From the NCBI GenBank assembly GCA_963710755.1, contig CAVQBK010000003.1, forward strand, positions 992,001 through 1,056,000: a DNA stretch of 64,000 nucleotides. Direction: 5' to 3'. Shown here in pieces: positions 10,458 through 19,200 of this stretch. Every line of letters begins with the position of its first letter. The stretch's first letter is position 1. The notes beneath the pieces were generated by a model that saw only the letters and a list, made by a program, of their open reading frames with translations, was not told where the DNA came from and searched no databases. The translations under genes were made by a program, and so were the position numbers. This stretch comes from an uncultured bacterium. Its GTDB lineage: Bacteria > Oederibacteriota > JAAXVQ01 > JAUVAV01.

Positions 10458-11434
10458 TCCTATACAAACCATGGATGATGCTGCTGGTGTTGGGCATCAG
10501 CCTGCTACAGCTCCTGTCGGGATGTTCCAACAGTCCGGGCGCCATTACGGTAGAGCCCAATCCGGTGGGCTTGGCCATTGATCCCAGAGGGACGCATTTG
10601 TTTGTGGCCTGCCAAGGGGGAAAGCAGTTAATCGCCTGGGATCTGATAAAGAAAAAACGTACGGCCGCGGTCACCATCGAAGGAGAGGCTGGCCGCATAT
10701 ATATTGATCGCTATCAAACCCATCTGGTGGTGTTGGATCAGGCACTAAAGAAAATATTATATTTTAATTATCCGCTGTTGAAGATGGTTTCAGAACGTTC
10801 TTTGGCTGACGCGCCCAGTGCCTGGGTGCAGGACTCACAGACGCATTTACAATATGTGGCTAATCGGGAGAAAAACATAGTCCAACCCTATCTGGATAGT
10901 CATGCCATGCCCCTGATTCCAATCGGTCTGGGACCGGCTGATCTGGCAATTCAGCCTGAGACCAATTTGCTATGGTCAGCCAATGAAAAAGCTAATGAAG
11001 TGGCCGTAGTGGATATGGCTTCCAACTTGGTGCTTAAAAGGATACATGTTTGGGCCAATCCCCATCGTTTGGTTTTTTCGCCCCTGGGGGATAAGTTATT
11101 CGTGCTCTGCCTTGGCCATGATGCCGTGCCTTCCAAAAGTGTCATTCAAACTATCGATTTAAACTATCAAACCGCAGGTTTGACTTGGGGCTTGGGACCG
11201 CAGGAGCGGCATTTGGCCATGGATCCCAAAGGACGCTTTTTGTTTACCGCAGGACAAGAAGAGGTTAAAATCATCTCCCTGGATACCGGCATTACTTTAC
11301 AGCGTCTGGCCCTGGCCAAAGCGATCAATGGTCTGGCCGTATCTCCAGACGGGGAACGGCTCTATGTGGCCTGTCAGGACGAATCCGTAGTGCGGGTGTT
11401 CCCAGTAGACAGGGAACATTTAATCGAACAATAG
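10454..11434 (+). CDS. YncE/YVTN-like beta-propeller lipoprotein
   Basis: Lipobox LSGC and repeated P..LA..PDG.LYV blades. Confidence 0.8.
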   Translation: MILYKPWMMLLVLGISLLQLLSGCSNSPGAITVEPNPVGLAIDPRGTHLFVACQGGKQLIAWDLIKKKRTAAVTIEGEAGRIYIDRYQTHLVVLDQALKKILYFNYPLLKMVSERSLADAPSAWVQDSQTHLQYVANREKNIVQPYLDSHAMPLIPIGLGPADLAIQPETNLLWSANEKANEVAVVDMASNLVLKRIHVWANPHRLVFSPLGDKLFVLCLGHDAVPSKSVIQTIDLNYQTAGLTWGLGPQERHLAMDPKGRFLFTAGQEEVKIISLDTGITLQRLALAKAINGLAVSPDGERLYVACQDESVVRVFPVDREHLIEQ

Positions 11435-11449
11435 ATTGAGGACAAGCGT

Positions 11450-13165
11450 ATGCGTTGGACAAAAACTCTGTTAGAAACCCAGAAAGAAATTCCTGCGGAA
11501 GCAGAGGTTATCAGCCATCAAATGATGGTGCGGGCGGGATTGATCCGTAAAGTCGCTGCCGGTATTTATGACTACCTGCCCTTGGGCTATCGGGTGGTAC
11601 GAAAAATTGAGACCATTATTCGCGAGGAGATGGACCGCGCCGGTGCATTGGAAGTCCTCCTGCCCATTCTTTCCCCTGCCGAGTTATGGCAGGAAACAGG
11701 ACGGTGGGATAAATATGGTGCGGAACTATTCCGGGTTAAAGATCGTCACGACCGCGCCTTTGCCCTGGGCCCCACTCATGAAGAAGTGATGACGGATCTG
11801 GTTCGCCAAATGGTCAAATCCTACCGCCAACTGCCGATCAATCTGTATCAGATTCATACCAAATTCCGTGATGAGATCAGGCCCCGCTTTGGGGTCATGC
11901 GCTCCCGGGAATTTATTATGAAGGACGCCTATTCCTTTAACCGCAATGAGCAGGGTGCCCAGCAGGATTATCAGACCATGTTCGAGACCTATCATCGCAT
12001 CTTTGAAAGGTGCGGATTGCGGTTTAAAGCCGTAGAAGCGGATTCAGGCACTATCGGTGGCTCTTTTTCCTCGGAATTCATGGTGTTGGCCGATACGGGT
12101 GAGGATGCCATTGCCACCTGTTCCGTCTGCCATTATGCAGCTAATACAGAAAAAGCAACCGGCCGGGTTAAACCAGCACCAGCTGGGGATGAGAAGGCGC
12201 CATTGACACTGGTAGCCACGCCTAACCGCCATAGTGTACAGGATGTCGCCGATTTTCTGAACGTGCCCCTGACGCGCATCGCTAAAACCATGCTCTACGA
12301 TGCCGACGGCCAAGTGGTGGCGGTATTAATTCGCGGCGACCGGGAAGTTAATGAAGTTAAATTGTTGAATCATCTGGGAGCTACAACCCTCAAGCTGGCC
12401 TCGGTTCAGCAAATAGAAGCAGCCACCGGTGCGCCTGTAGGATTTGCCGGTCCTTTCGGGCTTAAAGGTGTAGCCCACCTGTTGATGGACAGGTCTTTGG
12501 AAGGCACTGTTGATCTGGTGACCGGGGGAAATCAAAAGGACACCCATGCCACCGGCGTCCAGCCCGGTCGTGATTTTCAGGCTGAACAAATTCTGGATCT
12601 CACTGTGGCTCAAGCCGGCGATGGTTGTCCTTGTTGCAATGGAGAACTTACCATTGAACGGGGCATTGAGGTAGGCCATGTCTTTAAATTGGGGTTGAAA
12701 TATTCGCAAAGTATGAATGCCACTTTTCTGGATGAGGCCGGCCAGAGCCAATTTTGTGTTATGGGGTGTTATGGCATCGGCGTTACCAGAATTGTGGCTG
12801 CTGCCATTGAACAAAATCATGACGAGGCGGGTATCAAATGGCCCATGGCCCTGGCCCCTTATCAGGTAATTCTGTTACCATTGACCCCCAAAGACGAAAA
12901 AGCCCAAGCCATGGCCGAATCGGTTTATGAAGAGCTGACGACTGCTGGGCTGGAGGTGCTGCTGGACGACCGGGATGAACGGGCGGGGATTAAATTCAAG
13001 GATGCCGATCTGCTGGGTATCCCCATCCGGCTAACCTTTGGCAAGAGTGTGGCCGATAATAAAATCGAATTGAAGCGGCGTGATCAAGAGGAGAAAAGTT
13101 TAATCGAAAGGGATCAAATAAAACCAGTGATCATTGAAATGATCACCAAAATGATGAATGGATGA
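11450..13165 (+). CDS. proS: Proline--tRNA ligase (bacterial type with editing insertion)
   Basis: LGPTHEE, FRDEIRPRFG, GIEVGHVFKLG and MGCYGIG. Confidence 0.99.
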   Translation: MRWTKTLLETQKEIPAEAEVISHQMMVRAGLIRKVAAGIYDYLPLGYRVVRKIETIIREEMDRAGALEVLLPILSPAELWQETGRWDKYGAELFRVKDRHDRAFALGPTHEEVMTDLVRQMVKSYRQLPINLYQIHTKFRDEIRPRFGVMRSREFIMKDAYSFNRNEQGAQQDYQTMFETYHRIFERCGLRFKAVEADSGTIGGSFSSEFMVLADTGEDAIATCSVCHYAANTEKATGRVKPAPAGDEKAPLTLVATPNRHSVQDVADFLNVPLTRIAKTMLYDADGQVVAVLIRGDREVNEVKLLNHLGATTLKLASVQQIEAATGAPVGFAGPFGLKGVAHLLMDRSLEGTVDLVTGGNQKDTHATGVQPGRDFQAEQILDLTVAQAGDGCPCCNGELTIERGIEVGHVFKLGLKYSQSMNATFLDEAGQSQFCVMGCYGIGVTRIVAAAIEQNHDEAGIKWPMALAPYQVILLPLTPKDEKAQAMAESVYEELTTAGLEVLLDDRDERAGIKFKDADLLGIPIRLTFGKSVADNKIELKRRDQEEKSLIERDQIKPVIIEMITKMMNG

Positions 13166-14327
13166 ACCCATGAACATAGGACTGGTCACGGACACGTACT
13201 TCCCCCGGGTCAACGGGGTGGCAAAATCAATCCAAACCTTTGCCCAGGAATTTGAAAAGCTCGGCCACAAAGTTTATATTTTTGCACCGCAATTTCCGGA
13301 AGCCAAAGAGTCCACGGAAACTCTTTGGCGATTTCCCTCGCAGTATCTGTTCTTTAATCCTGAAGACCGGCTCCCCAATCCTTTTAAAAAGCAATCCCGT
13401 CTTTTTTTAAAAAAAGTCTCGTCTTTGCATCTCGATGTCCTTCATACCCAGACGCCTTTCGCTTTGGGTATGGCCATGGCCCGCTTGGGCAAACGCCTGG
13501 GAATTCCCACGCTGCACACGTATCACACTTTATTTGAAGCCTATATGCCGCATTATTTTCCTTTTGTGCCCAAGGCCTTGAGTATTCCATTTGCCAAAAA
13601 ACTTAGTAAAATTCTGTGTGATATGCATGATTTTATAATTGTACCGTCAACATCTATTTATGAACGGCTTCAGAGTTACGGTGTGACCAAGCCTATAAAA
13701 ATTCTGCCGACCGGCACCGATCTTTCACCCTTTAAGCAGGTTGATCATCGCCGGATGCGTCAGCAAATCGGGCTCGCTGAGGATGAACCTATGCTGCTGA
13801 CTATGGGACGGGTGGCCCATGAGAAAAATCTTCCTTTTCTATTGGATGTGTATGAAAAACTCGCGCCCCGTTTTCCCAAAGCACGTTTGGTAATTGCCGG
13901 CGTGGGACCGGCCCTGGAGAGTGTGAAGGCCGAGACCAAACGACGGAAATTGGAAAATAAGGTGATGTTCATTGGGCTGCTGTCAAAGCAGGATTGGGCT
14001 GATCTCTACGCGGCCGCGGACATTAACCTTCTGGCTTCGGTTACGGAAACCCAGGGGCTGGTGCTCACGGAAGCCATGGCCGCCGGCACGCCTTGTGTGG
14101 CAGTAGCTGCCATGGGGGTAAAAGATGTTATGGCCGGTGGCGGCGGGTTGGCTGTGAACCTGGATGTGAACGAGTTTGCCGAGGCGGTTACCAGGCTATT
14201 GACGGACAAGGCGTTGTATGCAAAAGCCTTGGAAGAAGCGGCCCAGCAGGCCATTAATTGGTCAGCTGAAACCAAAGCCGAGGAAATGCTGGAGACTTAC
14301 CAGAAACTCATTAACAGTAAAAAATAA
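13158..14327 (+). CDS. GT4 family glycosyltransferase (diacylglycerol glucosyltransferase-like)
   Basis: TDTYFPRVNGV, HTYHT, GRVAHEKN and ETQGLVLTEAMAAG. Confidence 0.9.
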   Translation: MDEPMNIGLVTDTYFPRVNGVAKSIQTFAQEFEKLGHKVYIFAPQFPEAKESTETLWRFPSQYLFFNPEDRLPNPFKKQSRLFLKKVSSLHLDVLHTQTPFALGMAMARLGKRLGIPTLHTYHTLFEAYMPHYFPFVPKALSIPFAKKLSKILCDMHDFIIVPSTSIYERLQSYGVTKPIKILPTGTDLSPFKQVDHRRMRQQIGLAEDEPMLLTMGRVAHEKNLPFLLDVYEKLAPRFPKARLVIAGVGPALESVKAETKRRKLENKVMFIGLLSKQDWADLYAAADINLLASVTETQGLVLTEAMAAGTPCVAVAAMGVKDVMAGGGGLAVNLDVNEFAEAVTRLLTDKALYAKALEEAAQQAINWSAETKAEEMLETYQKLINSKK

Positions 14328-14395
14328 ACCCAATCAAAATTGGTAAAAATCGACTAAAGCCAACACCATGGTTATACAGGTTATGGAGTACGCTG

Positions 14396-14698
14396 ATGGA
14401 AGACCATTTATCTGAAGAAGACATTAAAAAACTGTTTAAAATTAGGAAAAAAAAGCAATGGCTGGTTTTTATACCAGCTGTTATTTTTATCGTTGGATAC
14501 CAACTCTTGGGTTGGATGGGCGCCACCCATATTGGCGGGCTTCCGCGGCAAATTTTGTTCTATCCCTTCATTTTATTTATTATGGTAGGCATTGTGTATA
14601 TTTATATCAATTGGCGTTGTCCTGTATGCCGGAAATATCTGGGTGCCACCTTTAATCCTCGTATTTGCCCGAAATGCGGGACCACGCTCCGTGACTAA
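14396..14698 (+). CDS. Small two-TM protein with C-terminal zinc ribbon
   Basis: Two hydrophobic segments followed by WRCPVC...CPKCG. Confidence 0.75.
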   Translation: MEDHLSEEDIKKLFKIRKKKQWLVFIPAVIFIVGYQLLGWMGATHIGGLPRQILFYPFILFIMVGIVYIYINWRCPVCRKYLGATFNPRICPKCGTTLRD

Positions 14699-15072
14699 AA
14701 GAGAAAGCCTATCCAGCACCTCATCTTCTTCCAACATTTCAAATAACCGGGAGCTCAATTAAGCCCGTAAAAATTCGTTTTTTCATTGAGCCCCTTCCCG
14801 TTTGGCGTATAATAAAGTCCTATTTCAGCTTAAAACAATCAGTTTTGGATAGTTGCGGCTATTTTTGCATTAAATAATGTCGCGAATCATATCCGAAATG
14901 GGTTGGAATCCTCGATAGGCGAGGTTTTATTTCGTTAAAAAAATTAAAAAAAGTGAAAGAAAATTTATAATCGTCCGTCTAAAGAAACATAGCAATAAAA
15001 ATTTAAGGAAGTCGCGAGTGGATCTTAAACCATAAGCGGGAACTTTTCACTTTAACGGCTGGGAGGGAAAAA

Positions 15073-16014
15073 ATGGAGCCAATGTCCGGAAGCAAGCGAT
15101 CATTTCCACTTCGTGCTGTTCTTTGGTCTTTCAAGACCTGCTTTTTTGCTGCTATGATAATGATGTTTACAGGGATAGCGGTGCCCCAACTTCTCCGGGC
15201 CATGACCATTCATACGGCTGAAGAAACAGTTGCCAAGGATATTACCCAAGCCTTCAACCAAGTTACAGTGAAAATGTTCAACGGTTATATTAAAGTAGAA
15301 GCAGTTCCCCAGAAAAACGCTACCATGACCATTGTCAAACGGGGCAGTGGTTACAGTCCTGAAGAAGCCAAAGCGGATTTAAAAAATATTGATATCCAAA
15401 TAGCGGTCAAGGCAGGCCGTCTGGAAATTATTGCCAGACGTCTGGATAACCGTCTGGATCGGCCCAATAGCGGTGCCTCTGCCTCACTTCAAGTCCCGGT
15501 GAGCACCAGCTTGCTGCTGGCTTCCAGCAACGGCGAGATTGACGCTTTGGGTCCTGTAAATGCTGTTACAGCCAGTACCTCCAACAATCCAATTCAAGTG
15601 GTCGGGGCTAAAGGTCCATTGACCCTTGAAACCAGCAATGATCCCATTAATGTCGACGGTGGCAGCGGAAAATTAGTCCTGAAAAACAGCAATGGCGAGA
15701 TCACGGTCGTTAGTCAGTCGGCTGAAGTCTTGGCCGAGACCTCCAATAGCGCCATTCGCTTTGAAGGTGGCTTATTACCAGGTACCAGTCGATTTTCAAC
15801 CAGCAATGACGACATTACCTTGGTCCTAGGAAGTAGCACGGCCTTTAGCTTGGACGGGGAAACCTCCAATGGCGAAATTCGCAGTGATTTCAAATTTCAC
15901 CACCAACCATCGCAAAACGACCAAGACGTTGTCAAAGCCCAGACCAGCGCTCATCCAGCGGTTAAAATTATCTGCCGCACCAGCAATAGTGATATTACCA
16001 TCAATAAAAAATAA
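15073..16014 (+). CDS. DUF4097-like beta-strand-repeat protein (putative adhesin)
   Basis: N-terminal hydrophobic segment and repeated [ST]SN[GDN].I units (SSNGEI, TSNNPI, TSNDPI, NSNGEI, TSNDDI, TSNGEI). Confidence 0.8.
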   Translation: MEPMSGSKRSFPLRAVLWSFKTCFFAAMIMMFTGIAVPQLLRAMTIHTAEETVAKDITQAFNQVTVKMFNGYIKVEAVPQKNATMTIVKRGSGYSPEEAKADLKNIDIQIAVKAGRLEIIARRLDNRLDRPNSGASASLQVPVSTSLLLASSNGEIDALGPVNAVTASTSNNPIQVVGAKGPLTLETSNDPINVDGGSGKLVLKNSNGEITVVSQSAEVLAETSNSAIRFEGGLLPGTSRFSTSNDDITLVLGSSTAFSLDGETSNGEIRSDFKFHHQPSQNDQDVVKAQTSAHPAVKIICRTSNSDITINKK

Positions 16015-16293
16015 AAAAAATGAAAGGAAATCCGGGCAAACCTGTCAATACTAAGGGCGTAAAAATGATTTGAAATATTTTAGGCAGCACTAACCGGAGG
16101 CCCGATTATCTGATATACTTGCTTATGGTTTTAACGTTCCTTCATAATAAGTTCTCATTGATCCCGGGGCAAACCTTGGGGATGAATGCGAAACAGTAAA
16201 ATAAAATTTCACTCGACTCAAATGCCCCACATTCGGGGCAGACCCGCGGCTTGCCGTGGGGAGATTTACGGGTCTTGCGCCCCGGAGGACGAC

Positions 16294-19200
16294 ATGTTAT
16301 TAGGGAATACTCAGTCTTTTTGTTACAGGAGCATGGTTGTCCTTGCTACAGCTATCTGCTTTTTAATGGTTCCTTCGTTTGCCTTATCCAAAAAAAAACC
16401 TGACGTCGTAGAAATTCGGATTAAAAGCGGCGGCCGGGACCAGAAAATCCAAGAAGGATTGGATAAAACCAATCAAGGTATTGCTGCCGCCATGAGCGAC
16501 AGCGAAGAAGGAATTGAGCAAAGCAGCGGGGCAGTCAGCCGGCATGAGATCAAAGAGGAAATCAGCAAACGTTCTTCCGAGGGTTTTAGCTCTGATACTG
16601 GAAAAAAATACAAGGAAATGGGAAGCCAACTCCAACAGGAAAATGAAGCGAGAGGTACAGAACTTCGGGAAACTTATACCCGACAAGGCGACCAGCTCAG
16701 AGCTGAAAACCAAGCTCGAGGTGATGAAGTAAAAAAAGAATCTCTGGCAAAAGTACAAGAAGCGCAAGATGAAATCAATGCTGATAAAATGAAGGATGAA
16801 TATGAACAGAAGGGTGCAGGTTATGCTAACAAGGCTAAACACGATCTGGGCGAAACTCTCTGGAAAGCTCATAACAGCCTTAATGATTCGGCTAATGCTG
16901 ATAAAAGGAAATTGAATTATGTGAGCGCTGAAGCCAACTACAAAGCCGCCGACAAATTGGTTGCTATCAAAAAAAAGCTGGACAAGACGGATGTCAACGG
17001 CAGCGTTCCCAAAGATGCACAACCCGATTCAACCGTTGATTATGAATCGTCCGGCAATAACATCTTGGCGGGACAAGATTCCAGTGACAAAAAAGCCGGT
17101 AGCAACAATCAGTCTAACATAAAGAACCCGCTTTCTAATGAGGTTATAAATGAAGGCGTTGTGACGATGTTAAAACAAAGCAAAATCCAATCATATATGG
17201 AAAGCAATATGGATAAGGCCACAGCTTTGCAAAAAAATAATCCCAGCGGGGCCGGCGTGGATTCTGGGCAATTCACCCAATCTGCCGGCGGTCTGACGGA
17301 TCAGTATCAGGGTACAGGTAATAATATTGGAATGCCAGGCGTTAATGGCAATGCCGATTTGATGTCCGGCACTATGGCTCAGAGTGGCGTAAAAATCACT
17401 GAAAATGGATCCAGGCAGGGTATTGGCACTGCTGCAGCTAACGGAAATAACGGATATGGATACATGGCGGGCAGTAGCATAGACGGCACTGGCAAAGGTA
17501 GCAACTATAGTAATGTTGCTACAAGTGGTAGTGGATCGGCTAACATTGAAGGTGCCAGCCATTCTGGCAGCAGTTCGGCCAGTAATGCAAATAGTTATTC
17601 TCAAAGCTCAGAAACTTATGCTGGCAGCAAAAGTGCCGGTGCCGGTAGTGGTGTCTCGAATTCTGCAGCAGGCACGGATAAAATAAATAGTAATTATGGT
17701 GGCGGTGGGGATAGTAGTGGGTCCGGATCTTCCGCATCCGCAGAAGCGGGCAGCAACGGCCAAAATCCCCGCAGCGGCGACCAATCGGAAAAAGCTGAAT
17801 CGCCAAGCGCCAGTAAGACAAGTGCCAAGCAACAGGGCAATTCTGGTAAACCCCAAAATGTTGCTGCAAACAGCAGTGTAGGAAACAAGCAGACTGTCAA
17901 AGGCCAGCCAGTTAATAACCCGTCTTCCAGCAAAAAAAATGCCAACGCCAACTCTTTGGCCCACGCTTACAAGCCTAAAACGGGTGGCACCAAGACTGCG
18001 GGTATTGTGGTCAATAGTGTGGATTATCATAGTACAGCAATTAATGCTGCCGTAGGCGAGAATGCAACATCGAATTTGGGGTCCATCGTTTTTAAAGGCA
18101 GTGAAATCAACGGCGTTGTTGTTAATAGCGATCAGGACGGCAATAATCGCATTAATGCTGCCGTGGGCGCCGCAACAGCCGCAAACCAAAGCAGTGTGGT
18201 TACTCGAAACAGCAAAATCAAGGGTGCAGTTGTCAACGCGGTGAGGGGACAAAACATGGTCAATGCGGCGGTGGGCGTAAACGCAGAAGCCAATCAAGGA
18301 TCTGTAGCTGTCAAAGAAAGCCAGGTCAACGGTGTCTTGATAAACTCATCCAGTAGTCAAACCCAGGTTAATGCGGCCATTGGCGAAAATGTTACCGCTA
18401 ATCAATCCGCAGTCCAAATACGATCCAGCCAAATGTCGGGTGCAGCGGTGAACGTGCAGAAAAGCCAGAACGCTATCAACGCAGCCATTGGAAACGATGC
18501 GCACAGTAACCAAGCCAGCACCCATTTAAAGAACAGTAAACTCGAAGGTGTGGCTGTTAATGCGGCCACAGGGAATAATCATATCAATGCAGGAATTGGT
18601 GCCGATGTTAAAGCCAATCAAACGTCCACGCATATGGAAAACAGCACCCTGCAAGGTGTGGCGGTCAATGGCGCTGCTGGTACCAATCTTACCAACGTGG
18701 GGATTGGGGGAAACGTGAAGGCCAACCAAGCGTCCACGCATATGGAAAACAGCACCCTGCAAGGTGTGGCGGTCAATGGCGCTGCTGGTACCAATCTTAC
18801 CAACGTGGGGATTGGGGAAAACGTGAAGGCCAACCAAGCGTCCACGCATATGGAAAACAGCACCCTGCAAGGTGTGGCGGTCAATGGTGCTGCCGGTGCT
18901 AATCTCACCAACGTGGGGATTGGGGAAAACGCGAAAGCCAACCAAGCAGCCACGCACATGGAAAACAGCCGGCTGCAAGGTGCTGCCATAAATATTGCCG
19001 GTGGTGCAGCGGCGACCAATGTTGGGATCGGTGAAAATGTAAAAGCCAACCAAGCGTCCACGCATATGGAAAACAGCCGGCTGCAAGGTGCTGCCATAAA
19101 TATTGCCGGTGGTGCAGCGGCGACCAATGTTGGGATCGGTGAAAATGTAAAAGCCAACCAAGCGTCCACGCATATGGAAAACAGCACCCTGCAAGGTGTA

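Noticed and set aside
16028-16100. c-di-GMP-I (GEMM) riboswitch-like words upstream of the fibre cluster (GGGCAAACC...GGGCGTAAA...TAGGCAGC...ACCG)
   Set aside because: There is no GNRA-capped P2 stem and no 5' strand to pair with TAGGC. It also lies upstream of a possible TATACT -10 box. An Infernal scan with RF01051 would settle it.
16186-16293. N-terminal extension of the giant ORF from ATG 16186
   Set aside because: It reads through a palindromic repeat. ATG 16294 has a GGAGG RBS and places the signal peptide near the N-terminus.
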